The notes: generated by a model not told the origin, from the letters alone. 58,591 nt of DNA from Octopus bimaculoides (GCF_001194135.2 NC_068982.1:151840704-151899294), one strand, 5' to 3'. Positions 39,403-53,399 are shown, counted from the first letter of the stretch. Program-made: numbers and translations.

Positions 39403-42400
39403 CCTACGGAATGCTCACAATAAAATTTACTTACAACTTATCCACAAAAGCTTTATCTCCGTAATTTAGTTGATATGTTTCGCCGACGTTTGAACAGAAA
39501 GTAAATATAAGTAACGTAAGTGTTTACCAGTTATCTTATTTTCCAAAAGTAGTTACTAACTATGCTCTCCTTCTTGCTTTCTCTCTATGGAAAAGGTATC
39601 TTAAACAATCCTGATAATAATGTCATTTTGCTCAGTGATGTTCAATGCATATTTATTAAACTTACGCAAGTAAAATTATTTACAACTTACATTGTCCAAA
39701 TATTAGCACATGCATACGAAGCTTTGTTCCCAGTAATCTGTATGGTGTTTGAGATTAATAAGTATTTGCTATGATCTGAAATGAGATTATGAGACAGTTA
39801 TATTTCTAAAATAGTATTTTTTTTTTTATACATCTCACACTTTATTTAAATAGAGAAACGTATTTCTGTGAGTCACGCATTTTTACATGTGAGAATTTTT
39901 CACGTCACATATGCTTTGGAATCATTATAGAAAGTAGATTAGCTGGGAAAAAGTATAAAATTGGTATGAGATATATTTAACATTGATAAAGGAAACAATA
40001 TCCCCTCATATATTCCATTATCCTAAAGGGTTGAATATCATATTCGTATAAATACAGCAGGGATAATTTAGAGATGTGAATTTGCAGCAAAACTAGCATG
40101 CCAATTATTGTTACATTAAACTGTAAAACATCTCGGTCGGCTTTGCTACGTAATTGCTCTAAGGACTATGGCATCCAGTAGTTACATATTCATTATAAAA
40201 TAGTCTACTTTTGAAAGCAACTCAGTGTGCGTCGAGCATTCTTTTCTTCTTTCCATTATTATGCTTTCAATAATTATGTCTTCACCTTTTTTTTTTCTTT
40301 TTTCGTGTGTCTCCAGTTACTTGGAACCAATAGGTCATTTCCGTTAAAATTATAATCAAAGAATCAATCGTTGTGGAAAATAAATCTTTCCGTAATTCCA
40401 AACATTTTTCACAAAAACACCTACAGCAATCAGATATTTCTTTCATAGGTTTCTACAGCTAAAATCAATGTAAACCAAGCTTGCCATTCAGTTAAAATAC
40501 TGGCAAGTATATTTTAAAAAATAATAAAAGGCTACTGATTTGGTATATTAAGATGCTTCGTAAACAATGGCGTTCTTGTGAATAGAACAAGCTACTGAAA
40601 TCAGCTTATTTTCCTAAACACCATACCACTCTGCCAAATATTTTTTTACACCATGCTACTCTGCCAAGTATTTCTTTTAGCCTGTTAACTGCGTATATCT
40701 TGAGGGTACACTCTTAACAGAAATCAATGCTTATGAAATAATCTCTGCCATCTTAATTCCATAAGGGATATCAGCTGCCTTAAACATTTCTTCAGGTGGA
40801 AGACATGGAGTCTATTGATATTTTGTTACAAAGTTTTGCATTTTGTTACAAAGTTACTCATATATTATTGTGATCATACAAATATAAGTCTAACAATTGG
40901 AATTCTATATGACCTTATTGTATCGTCGAATGAAATATATTGGTTATACTATTGTGACAGAGGTTACTTCAACGTATTTCTATTGTGTCTGTATGCAATG
41001 ACAAGCAAACGAAAATGAATGTCTTAAAATATGTCACTAGCCTCTCGAAAGAAAATTATGTATCTCAGCAAGATGTAACTCGAGAGTGGTCTTAGAAAGG
41101 TCTAATGTGATATTTTGCTATATAGCACTGCGACTGATATATTCACTTCGTTGGCATATGACTAAAGGTACTTTATCAATTACTTTATTTGCTTTATTCT
41201 TTTATCAGGGACTACACTATCTAATCAATTCTTATATTTTAAAGTCGATAGAGCGCATAATGAAGAGGGACTTAGTTGAAGTTTTTACCATGTAGAGTGT
41301 CCTCATAGTGATCCACCTTTGGTTCGTAGCAGCAGACATTTCTATAATTCATACAGTTGTCCAAAAGGAATCAGACAAATAACTCCTGAAATTTAGAAAA
41401 CAAATCAAAACTTTGATACTGTGGAATTATGATCGATTGGATCAATATATTCCACTTGCTTGACAACAAGATTATTTAGTTTTGGAATTGGGTAGTGTCG
41501 ATTACTCTGTACGGTAATGAAGTAATTTAGATAAGAGTGTACACTATACGATGTTCAAACATTATGGTGAAGACACTCCAGTTCGTTTTGATAGGACTTT
41601 TAATTTCGAAATATATATTGATATATTTACAATACATGTAAGGAGAAAGCAGCCGGTAAATATTTCTACAATTAAACAGCCTTCTTTACATTCGTTCATT
41701 CTAGCACTCTATTTTACATACACGAGCGCGCGCACACACACACACGCACACATACACACACACACACGTATCAACTAATTATAACCTGAAGTCAAAAAAA
41801 CGAAAGCACATAAGGGGCGTAGAAATATACAGCAAAAATACAACAATCGAAAAAGTGTTCAATAAAGATGAATGCGCCGAAGCCAAAAACATTTCGAGAA
41901 ACACATTATTAAGGAGAAGAATAATTAAGATTTACATGACTGAACTAAAGTAGAATGCACAATTGTCGTCCATGCATTTGCATGATTCCAATACGCAGAC
42001 ATCACGGAGAACGAACCAAATTCTATGCCAGTTCTCGTAACTACCGTAATCAATCAAACTGTACCTTGACTGATAAAAATTTCAGCCAAAAAAGAAAGAG
42101 GAGGCTAATTTTAAAACTCTGGTCACTCGGATATTTACGGCAAAGCTCTACGACTGTCTATCTCATATTACATCTGAAAATCATGAAAATATGAAGACGA
42201 CTAAATTCCTGTAAATAATCTTCTTAAAAGTGAATTTTTGATTTCATTCCTCATACTTCTACTCACAAGAAAAACTTATTTGTGTGTGTTAGCGTTTTGG
42301 TTTACCTTCTTATGCTCGTCCAGTCATTGGACGGCGACCATATTGATGCACTAACTTCAAGTGTTTATTTGATTGATCATAACTTACACCTACGAGTATC

Positions 42401-42515
42401 TATTTCAATCTGGTAATTATTTTATCGACTCTATTTATCGAATGGCTAGATAACAGGACAAAACGTTAGTAAGACGGATTCTAAGACCGGTATAGCCTTA
42501 TATATATATATATAT

Positions 42516-42976
42516 GGAAACGAGAATGGGCCCCAACTATGCGAACCTGTTCGTTGGCTAAGTTGAAGCCCAAATATTTTCAAGATTCACTGGTCCCACT
42601 CGTGAAATATACAGTCGTTATATTGATAACTGTATCAGTGCGACCTCGCTTCCCGCGAACAACTAGACTCCTTTCTCTCCTTTGTCCAATCCTTCCATCC
42701 TGCCCACGAATTCTCCTGAACCATTTCCAACACTTCCGTCGCCTTTCTCGACATTTCGATCAACATACACAACTCCGCTCTCACTACCTGCATCCACTAC
42801 AAACACACCGACTCACATTCCTACATCAACTTCTCCTCCTCCTACCCTACCTATACCAAGCCCTCCATCCCCTACTCCCAATTCCTCCATCTGCACAGGC
42901 TCTGCAGTGACAACAATGACTTTGAGCCTTAGTCTCAACTCATGACTCGCCACTTCATCCTTCGTGAATATCCCCT
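42516..42976 (+). mobile_element. Penelope-like element RT fragment (decayed)
   Basis: TRMGPNYANLFVG*VE...RYIDNC (YxDD relic, 42616-42630), FHP..F, VAFLDISI, HYKHTDSHSYINFSSSYP..TKPSIPYSQFLHLHRLCSDNNDF; in-frame stops and a frameshift. Confidence 0.9.
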
Positions 42977-42980
42977 CACC

Positions 42981-43016
42981 ACTATCCACACTATCCACAC
43001 TATCCACACTATCCAC
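42981..43016. repeat. 4 x ACTATCCAC tandem repeat at the Penelope fragment 3' junction
   Basis: Direct reading. Confidence 0.95.
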
Positions 43017-44089
43017 ACTTGCCAGTGGGTCATCATCGAATATTTTGAAGAACGAAAATTATTTTGTGGTAATTTTAAAATGGGATTATTTGAAAGAAGT
43101 GGTTAATCTCGAGTAGTAGGGAAAGTGGAAATGTCAGGCTTTATGACTACAGTGAGAAATGAGCTAAGTGGGAGCGGGGAATTGAAAGTGCATAATATTC
43201 ACAATTAGTAATTCATTCGTTTTCATCTTGTGGCTATGTAACAAATTACCCTCCCAAAGTAAGTTCGCTTTTGAGGTGAGCCCTCGCGGCCCTAATCTAA
43301 GTTATTTTAAAAGCACTATCACTGATTTCGAATCCTATCCGGTTCTTATATAGAATGTTTCCTATCCGATTTGATAAATGAATATCTATGAGAACTGAAC
43401 ATTGCCTTAAAACGTTTCCTTTACATCTGATATGAGATGTATCATTCACTCTTGGTATAATTTTAATTCCACACAGAAGTCTCTTCTACTCTTTCACACA
43501 CACTTCACTCGGGATGAAATTGCATGATTTTCTAAAAAAAAAAAAAAAAACTATATGTACTTTTTTCTGTTTTTAAAAAGTTTTTTCTATATAAAATTCA
43601 TTTATCTGCTTTTCTCAGAAACTTCTCTTTGCACTTTTCTCTATATATTATATATTTTGAATACCGGTCACTGAGAACGTGAAATTCGATTAACCGGACA
43701 TTAGGTGCCAGCTTTTATAAAACCACGCACGTACGGAAACACGCACACACACACACACACACACAGACGCACATACACGCGCGTGCACACACACACACAC
43801 ACACACATACACATGCACACATACACATACACACACACACAAAAGGAAACAGACAGATAAACACACATACATATAGTGGTATTCTAAACAATTACTCCGT
43901 GACAAGATCTACTCAATATTACGGTGAACGTGAGGTTGTCGTAGGAGGCACATGAGAAGGTAAGTGGCATACCTAGAGATCGAACTAACTCAGAATCACA
44001 TACTTTCGAACCGAATCGCGAAAGCTCAGAGCTATATCTAAGTCTATGCCATCTACCTATCTATAATACACACTCTACATAAATTCACA

Positions 44090-44124
<35 letters not shown>

Positions 44125-44303
44125 TGTACGTGCAGTGAGATGTATGACCACTAATATATGAGTTATAAGCTTCATATGGATTATCATTATCCTGTCAGCT
44201 TCTGATATAGTGGTTAGTCCACCTCTGTACTTGGCAGTGTTACTAGTTGTGATATACAGGGAAAATATAGTGAAAAATTAAGATAAACATGAACAGCTTA
44301 ATG

Positions 44304-44492
44304 CAGTGGTACCCAACCTTTTCACCATTAAGGACTCTTTTTATTTAAATGTGTTTACTCACGGATCCCTTTTAATATGTTTATCCTTTCATATATATAT
44401 ATATATATGAAATTTTAAACTTACTTCACGGACCCCCAATGCTACCTTTGCGGACCACCAGGGGTTCGCAGACCACAAGTTGGGAACCACTG
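44304..44492. mobile_element. hAT (Charlie-like) MITE, 189 bp
   Basis: TIRs CAGTGGTACCCAAC / GTTGGGAACCACTG (13/14 match); flanking 8-mers gcttaatg / tcttaata (6/8) fit a decayed 8-bp TSD. Confidence 0.85.
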
Positions 44493-46649
44493 TCTTAATA
44501 GTTCCCACGTGCGTATCACTATTACAGTTATATGGAACTCAACATTGGCTGTTTTAAGTGTATGTCGATGCCTAACCGCAATGAATTATCAGGGGAACAC
44601 ATTATACCATATTGTTACAGAGATCTAATATCTGAAGTCACACACACGCACACGCACACGCACACGCACACGCACACGCACACACACACACACATACATA
44701 TATATATGTATGTGTTTGCATTTAACCTATTATCCTATTAGCAATTTCAGACAGGGGCTGTGCCCATGCTGAGGCATTGTCATTATCTTAGTCTTACTTC
44801 CTGGGCCTGTCTCCGGAACTGGTCCTTGTGAAGTAGAGAATTAGAATCGAGAGAAAGTAAACATACTACTTATTTCTATTTCCTTTTCTATCATTGGCTT
44901 CAGTTTTTGTCTCGAAAATCATCATTTCATTTTAAAACTTTTGAGAAATTGTCAGCCCTTGAGTTGATCCTAAAAATATTTTTACAAAACGATGTTGAAT
45001 GTAGTCTGGATTTTCTTGCATTTGTATGCAAATATTTTGAGATTTTCGATGATACTCATAGAGTATACCTAAGTTATATATTTGTAAACACATTTGTTCA
45101 TACACCTGTCTATTTGCGATTTCTTTTCTATTCTTCAAAAATTATACTTTGATACCATCTTAGAGATATAAATATATTCTTTCTAATTTATAAGAAAGAA
45201 CGTTCGAATGATCTGAAACTCCAATATTCAGATAAACTAATTATGAATTATGTTATCTAAGAAAATTTGTCAAATATACTGCACTCTATAACTATCTGAA
45301 AGTATATTAAAGTTGCCTACTAAATCTGTGTTACTAGGTCTGTCTTCTAGAAGATCATTCTATTACAAAATCTAATTTTGTTTTGCGCTGAAACAAAATC
45401 ATATTGGGTTTTACATAATTTATATTTACAAACGTTGCATCTAGAGAGTTATTTGTGTTGAAGTAATTACGTTTTCTGACATTAAATCTGAGGCGTAGTT
45501 TGGTTTCTATAACTCTACATCCCAAAGTTTCATTTACCAACATTCCAACACTTTCACGTTACTTTCACGTCAAACTTATGCACCACTTCAATTATATATT
45601 GCACATCTGAACATTTCAGCTGGATTGCAATTCTAAACCTTATTTTCTTTAGAGTTATAGATATAGCAGTGTCTATGCTGATGTAAATATTTTGTCGATT
45701 TCCAATTAATCAATAGACTTTTATCTGAATATGAGGCTAATTGTGAATGGTATAACTTGTTTTAAGCAGCCAGAGCATTGTGCCTTTTTATACGCTCGCT
45801 AAATGCTCTGTTTCCGGTTCTCGGCAACTACAGTGATGAGTGCGTGAGAATTAAAAAGGAGAAGAGAACTGGTTGCATGTTGGAGAACTGGATAAGATGG
45901 CTGAATAGATAATAGCTACTGAGATGGCCTAGGAAAACATTAGAGCAGCCAACAAACATCTTCAAAGTAGTCGGTAAACTTGTCTTAGTAAAATCTATTG
46001 TTTAATTAATTTGTTTAGTCTAAAAACAGAATAGAAGTTTACCCTAATTCAGATACGTTATGAAAGATAATGTATCTTTTCAGTTTGTGAATGCCTGCTT
46101 AGTTTCGGAAGCCGTTGAGTATGTTTTCCATGATCAGATGTCCACCAAATATGTTGTAAATAGTCGACTAACTAAAGTACCAAACTATAACCTGTTTATT
46201 TCAAAATCATAGCTTTTTCGTCTGTTGTATTGTGTTATTTGTAAAACCAGTTGATCTAGTTTCTTAACCTGTTATAGAATCCCTCCTGATGATTATACTA
46301 TATATATTTCTCATTAGCTTGATGAACAGTCTCTTTGTGTGTAGGTGAAAAGAGGATCTTTTGATAACTGCTCTATTAATTATAGGCAATAAGTAGAGGA
46401 TAAGACAAACTCCCACCAAGTCCAGTCTGCAATACAGTTTCAAACCTTGACTGCGGCCATACCATTTCATTTGTATTATCAATTCCATAGGAAAAGGTAT
46501 GACTATTACAACAAACTGCATATTTTTCTGTATAACGGAGTGAGTAGTTTATTATTGAAGATAATACTCCCCATGGCGGTATATTTTTCAGTCTTCTGAA
46601 AAATTCTGCATCAAGTATCTCACGAGCTATGTGCCAGTTGTAATAAATA

Positions 46650-47105
46650 TTAATCGTTATAGATATATCATTAGCTATAAAACACTCGTTATAACACATA
46701 TTTGCTATATCATGCTACCTATATCTCACCGGTTGTAAGATATAGGACATAATATCAATGTTTATAAGATATATCATCGATTATATGGCATCTCACTGGT
46801 CATGTGATGCATCGTTGGACATAAGACATGCCACCAGCTATAATATATATCGCTGGATATAATACATCTCTAGACATATGACGTTGTTGCAATATAACAT
46901 ATGTCATTGGATATGAACCATCTCACTTCCTATAAAAGTCATAAAAAACATATCACTAGGTATAAGAGATGCCATTAGCTATATAATATGTCACAGGTAA
47001 TAAAACAACTTACTGTACAAATGATAAATAACTGAATATAAAACATTACAGGTTGTAGAATATTTCATTCATTTCTTAAAACTATAAGATATCTCACAAG
47101 TTATA
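46650..47105. repeat. Degenerate ~19-bp minisatellite, approximate consensus ATAAGATATATCACTGGWT
   Basis: Units such as ataagacatgccaccagct / ataatatatatcgctggat / ataacatatgtcattggat / ataagagatgccattagct. Confidence 0.65.
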
Positions 47106-48163
47106 AATGGGACTTTTTTCCCTTGGAGAAAACAGATATTCATTTTCTTCTTCAAAACACTTAAAAGACACGGTGATTTTGGTAGTATTTAATCTCAGAA
47201 TGTAAATCACAAAACTGATTATGAATTATTCAAAAAAGCTCATTATTCTGCAACATGGTTACCACCACATTGATATTTACTGAAGCAAGTAAAATAAAGC
47301 ACTTTCGTTTGTTCACTGTCAAGAGTTTGTATTTATTACGTCTGAAAATCTGCATAGGTATAGGCTAGAGTATAGAGCTCGACCATAGTCAGACACACTT
47401 TTATTGTTTGCTCCTATTACTTAATGATTCAGAAGGTATGGAAATGTTAACAAATGATTATAATTAGGATTATTTCCATTTTTGCGAATATTGCTCAGCC
47501 AGGAAGATGTTTAATGATTCTTCATAAAAGTAGCACATTATCCTTTGCTATTAGCCTCATTGTTATTACGGTTTGCTAATTCTAATGGCTATATATTAAT
47601 TATGCGCTGACGTAATCAAGCTGTCTGCTCCTGCTTTTAGTGTAAAACAATTGCTGGTTATCACTAGCGCCTACTTATATTCCATGTTATCTAAACTGGC
47701 TATAACTATATCCAAAAACCTCACTTTACTTATTGAACAGACTTATGCTTCATTTCGAATTTTGTATTTACATTTAATTGCTTTGTCAATTTGTAACTTC
47801 ATACTTATTTTTTACTTAGTCTATAGAGTTTCTATTTTCAATATAATTGTTTCTTTATATATGAAAACAAGATTTACTTCGTTTTCGTTTTATTAGTGTA
47901 GACTACACTGTATTACGTTTTAAAATGCATGTATCAACTCATGAAATAAATGTACTCTTGCTTTATCATCTGCTGTTCAATAATCTAAAGTTAGAATCTT
48001 TATATTGTATGTTTATTTTAGCTGACCAACATTTGTAATCATATAAGATTGTGCTCTTTGGAAATTTAATGATATATTTAAAACATTTTACTGAATTGAT
48101 ACTTTTATTTTTCAATTCTTATTATTCAATTCTTATTATTCATATATTTTCCATCTATTTCAG

Positions 48164-48327
48164 GTTTTATTGGGACCTCTTCATGTTGGTCTTGCTTATT
48201 GCAAATCTTATAATTTTACCCGTAGCAATATCATTTTTTAACGATGATCTCAGCACACACTGGATAGTATTCAACTGTATATCAGACACTGTCTTCTTTC
48301 TAGATATAATCATCAATTTTAGAACAG
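48164..48327 (+). CDS. HCN: Internal exon of an HCN (Ih) hyperpolarization-activated cyclic nucleotide-gated channel, S1-S2
   Basis: Acceptor ttttccatctatttcag (AG 48162-48163) and donor ACAG|GTAAGT (GT 48328). 164 nt = 1+162+1 (phase 2 to phase 1). Encodes (R)[54 protein letters not shown](G), the hallmark S1-S2 of invertebrate HCN channels. Confidence 0.97.
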
Positions 48328-48706
48328 GTAAGTCACAAACATATGCTCTTAATTAGACAATTTGTTTCAAAACTGTTTTCCTTCTTACAGTTATTTTATT
48401 GCATCGTTTCACTTCAACTGAAGTGCGTTTCAATGCATTTCAAGTGTGAATATCTGTCAAAAGTGCAACTTCTGGAAATAAAATTGAAAACATTGATTAG
48501 TTCATATTAAAATGACTGAAAAAATATTTTTGTTACAGTTGTTACAGTATAAATCATATTTTGATATTGCATAGAGAATAATTATGGCGAAGGAGATGTT
48601 CATGATAACTTGATATTAGCATAATAATATTTCAATTTCATGAGAACATCTATTTTTTAAACATCATTGTAAATTTATTTGCACATATACATATACATAT
48701 ATACAC

Positions 48707-48741
<35 letters not shown>

Positions 48742-49058
48742 TATATACAAATATATTTATATATATAGATATTTATGTTGTCCATACTCATATATGGGTA
48801 TACGTGTGCATGTATGTATATATGTATGTATGCCGAGGTAGGACGCTATTTTTCTTCACTAAAATTTTTTCCTATCATGCCTGTATTAATTTTGTGATTC
48901 TTCTGTGGCTTAGAATTATTTTGACTTTTATTTTTAGCGAGGCAGGTGTTTCTGTATTACCCTATTATATATATATATATAAATTTTCCTGTACGGCTTG
49001 TGCTCACGGTTACCAACGATATTATTTTTAGAAATATTATCGCTCTCATATTTATGTG

Positions 49059-49134
<76 letters not shown>

Positions 49135-51313
49135 CACACCAAATTTATGTGACAGTTAAATTCAATTTAATGTCTATATTCGCCATAAAGTAAACATCAC
49201 TACAATTATTAAAATTATTGCAACCCGTTATAATTCCGCGTCATAAATTTTCTTATTTCTGTTTTGATGGATTAATTTATAGATTTTCATAAGAATTGTG
49301 TCTTTGGTTTAAGCTCAAGTTAAGATTATTTAAAATATAACACTTTATTACAGTAACGATTTAGATTATGCTTTTGATTTCGTTCCATAGTTAAGGTTGT
49401 TTACTGCGGAAAAAAAGGACGCACGAACGCTATGAGAAGCAGAATAATATTAAAGATGCTACAGAAATTTATAAGCACTTATATTTCATAATGCATATAT
49501 GATGACCTGAAAGCTTTGTAGGAAATACTATTGTAATTGAACTTTCAATTGATGTATACCTTCAAACAGCTTGATTTGTGGTCGTTTATATTTTCGTCAC
49601 TGACGACATTTAAGTACCTCTGCACGAGAAGCTTTATACGGCACGTTCTAGTCTTGTGTTAATTAGGTTCAATTTCATGTATAATACTGTACCACAACAT
49701 TTTAGGTGCTAATAGTACAAATACAGCACTTAATTTCGAGGTGTTAATGCATAGTTACATAAGGCTATCACTGAATACAAAAATATTCTAAACATCGGAT
49801 TGGTGAAAGGTTTCTCTCTGATANNNNNNNNNNGGGAGCAAAAGTTTAAAGAGAGTAAGAGAATACGTTAATATGAATACAGAGAAATAAATATTAAACA
49901 TATAAAAGAAAAATATTTTCCTACCTAATGAAAACTTGATGTCTTGAACAATGGTTAAACATACATACGTACTTTCTAATAATAAGGAAACCAATAAAAA
50001 CACGAAGCTTATTAATTTAAATAAAGGCAATATTATCGATTATTGCGATTAATTACACTTTATTAATTAATAATCTATAATAATCTATAATGATTAAAAA
50101 TAATCAGATCAGTCTTCAATAATTAATAGCATATTTAGTTATAGCATTCAGCTGACGTTATGTTTTACGCAAAAAGTGTTGACTGCTTAGAATGCCGATT
50201 ATGGCGGTTTCACATCGAGATTCGATATGACACACCCTTATTCTGCACCTACGTATAATATATTTAACATAGTTGTGTAAAAATTAATTAAATAATTCTC
50301 ATACAGTCTTATAACCATCTGCGATCGTTACATGATGTTGCAGCATGCGGAAGTCAATCCTACAACAGTTGTAAAAGTTAGATACGTTCAATTCTTGTTT
50401 GCATAAGCGACATTAAAGATGAATCTTCTTCCAAAAAGGGCGAAATACAATACGACAAAAACTTTGTTTTTGAACTTTAAAAGTTCTGAGATTTTGCGCC
50501 ATTATTATTCAGGTAAGCAAAATATTCAAAGAAAATGCTTAATTTGATCTACATAATAACTGATTCCCACCAATGTGTTAGTGCTCTTCAGAGAAACGTG
50601 TTATAACATCCACTTGTATCTTATAATTCCTATAATAGTTTTATTAAACCGGTCTACGATAGTGATTTGGCTAGTATTACTTCAACGAATGGATTATGTT
50701 GAACTGAATATTACTAAATTTTTTATCGTCCTAATTGTTGTAATAAATGACAGCAATAGATTACCATATGTAGTTTGAGGGGTAATTTAGTAATTTTGGA
50801 GCGTACTTTTCGAATTCAGCTTCATCTCACTTGATACATTTCTTCTAATCAATAAGCTGAGCAGTAAATTCCGAGAAATAGTGCAGCTAATTAACTTCTC
50901 AGCTTTCATCAATATTTTGAATTTAAAAATATTTCGCATAAATTTAAAATCATCTTGAATCCTATTGTGACAGGCGATTTAGTGAGCTATAGCGCCGAAA
51001 AAGATTTATCGAATGTCTGGCTTTGGTTAAAAAGATAACGAATAAAGTACAGCCCACCTAAGGGGACAAACTCAAAACAAACTAACGAGGGGACCTCTGC
51101 CTGATCATTTGACCTAGAAACAGCAGTCAAATCCTTTTCAAATTACACTATCGTCTTAACAAAAGATATTTTAGATAATGTGATCCTCAGTACACTTTAT
51201 TAGAAAAATAAGATGGTTAGTTCACAGGTGGGATACTCTTGGATCATATGTCCGCCTAATCAGGGATAATCTGAGGTTAAACAACATGAAAAATGCAGAG
51301 CTTGTGGTTTAAA

Positions 51314-51490
51314 AGGCTAGCACGTTAGCACGCCGGGCAAGATTCTTAGCCACATTTCGTCCGTCTATATGTTCTAAGTTCATATTCCGCCGTGGTCGAG
51401 TTTGCCTTTCATTCTGTCGGGGTCGATAGAATAAGTGTCAGATGAACATTGGGGCCGATGTAATCGACTAGCTCTGCTCACCCGAACATG
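51314..51490 (+). mobile_element. SINE family B
   Basis: gttagcacgccgggc...ttccgccgtggtcgagtttgcctttcattc..tcggggtcgata...tggggccgatgtaatcgac. Confidence 0.85.
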
Positions 51491-51656
51491 CTCACCGAAA
51501 TTTGAAATCAATGGTTCAGCTATAAGTGGAATCCAGTTCGATTCTTCATCTTCATATTCTTGCAGATATTACCAACAAAATGGTTGACTTATTTAAATAT
51601 CGATTCCAGAATATGATGAGTTGATAAAATCTAAAGTTATTTTAATCGTTCTCTTT

Positions 51657-51810
51657 AGGCGGCGAGCTGGCACAATATCTAAAACGTTAGAAAAACTGGT
51701 TTGCAGTTTTTCTTCCAGCTTTTTATGTACTGAATTTAAATCCTGCCGAGGTCGGCTGTCTCTTTCGGGGGTCGATATAATGAAGTCCAGTTACATGGGA
51801 CTGGTGTAAT
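51657..51810 (+). mobile_element. SINE family B, diverged
   Basis: aggcggcgagctggca...cctgccgaggtcggc...tttcgggggtcgata. Confidence 0.75.
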
Positions 51811-51824
51811 GAATCCTCACTCCC

Positions 51825-51929
51825 GCCTTCCGAATTCTTGTCGGAATTTGAGCTCAGAACGTAAAGACGACGGGTGAAACGCTAAGCGTTCTGTTCGGCG
51901 TGCTAACTGTTCTGCCAGCTCGCAGCCTT
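51825..51929 (-). mobile_element. SINE family B head
   Basis: Minus strand aaggctgcgagctggcagaacagttagcacgccg...acgttctgagctcaaattccg. Confidence 0.8.
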
Positions 51930-51984
51930 ACAATACGAATAATGCTTTCTGCTATAGGCACAAAGGCCTGAAATTTTGTGGGAG

Positions 51985-52144
51985 GTGGGCATAAGTACAT
52001 GCACTCCAGCACTCGACTGGTATTTCATCCCGAATGGATGAAAGATAAAGGCAGCCTCGGTGGAATTTTTACTCAGAACATAAAGAGCCAGGAGGAACGC
52101 CATTTTGTCCGGCGTGCTAATGAATTTGCCGGCTCGCCGCCTTT
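51985..52144 (-). mobile_element. SINE family B
   Basis: Minus strand aaaggcggcgagccggcaaattcattagcacgccggac...tgttctgagtaaaaattccaccgaggc. Confidence 0.8.
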
Positions 52145-52324
52145 ATCAGATTTTATTGAATCGAAATACAAAAAAGTAAACGTTTGTCAAAAGACTTGCT
52201 TCCTTAGATTAAAATAAACTGAAAACTAAATACAACAAAAGTATTAATTTTACTTTAAATTGATATATACATTTAAACTGTTATAACATACTGATTTCAA
52301 ATTTTGACACAATGCCAGCAATTT

Positions 52325-52420
52325 CAAGATTATGTCGATTACCCTGTCCCCAGTGTTCAACTGGTTCTTATTTTATTGATCCCGAAAGGATGAAAAACAA
52401 AGTCGACCTCAGTGGAATTG
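52325..52420 (-). mobile_element. SINE family B 3' half
   Basis: Minus strand ttccactgaggtcgactttgtttttcatcctttcgggatcaataaaataagaaccagttgaacactgggg. Confidence 0.75.
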
Positions 52421-53399
52421 AAAAAAAAAAAGACTGGTATACATATTGAAAACTATATATACATTTAAAATATGATGTATAGGTATTCACTACATTTAAT
52501 GATTTAAACATATAATGCTATTGTCGTTAATTTCTACTATTTGTAATAAATATTTTGTAAATTAAAAATTCCATTCAGCAGTAAAATTTTAACGTTCAAA
52601 ATGTTTCAATCGAGGCAATTCTGTTTACATAGTGGCTGCAGGCGTTTCTTATCGTCTTATTATTACTAATGAGAGTTTCAGTAATCTTTAACTTGAATCT
52701 ATGCTGAATCTAAGGTATATGCTGACCTCATTTCAGTAGAAACTTTTTCCTGCAGGTATTTTTTGAAAATACGTCCATATTCAAAGCCGTGATCTATAAT
52801 TTTACCCAAGAAAACGAACAGTAAATCATTTAACTTATAGACATCAAACATTTTCTATCTGATCTTATAGCTAACCAGGAGGCCTGGCTTCATTTAACAA
52901 TCTTTCCGATGCATTTTTTGTCGGTCTCATATGCTAGGTGTCGTCCTTCAGGCGTTAACGTTATTAAGTTGTATAATACAACAGATGTATTTATGTGTGT
53001 ATTTTAGATGTAATATATTTAAACATACAAAATTAATAAGGATGATAACAAGAGCAGGTATGAGTGTATGTTTACGGCATTTAACTGTACATCAGTGTTG
53101 TGAAATTTTATAATTTTATTCTTTTATTCTTATATATATATATATATANNNNNNNNNNNNNNNNNNNNNNNNNNNNNNNNNNNNNNNNNNNNNNNNNNNN
53201 NNNNNNNNNNNNNNNNNNNNNNNNNNNNNNNNNNNNNNNNNNNNNNNNNNNNNNNNNNNNNNNNNNNNNNNNNNNNNNNNNNNNNNNNNNNNNNNNNNNN
53301 NNNNNNNNNNNNNNNNNNNNNNNNNNNNNNNNNNNNNNNNNNNNNNNNNNNNNNNNNNNNNNNNNNNNNNNNNNNNNNNNNNNNNNNNNNNNNNNNATA

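Noticed and set aside
43900-43965. Strong donor AAG|GTAAGT at ~43959
   Set aside because: No matching acceptor or ORF, and it lies in repeat-like sequence.
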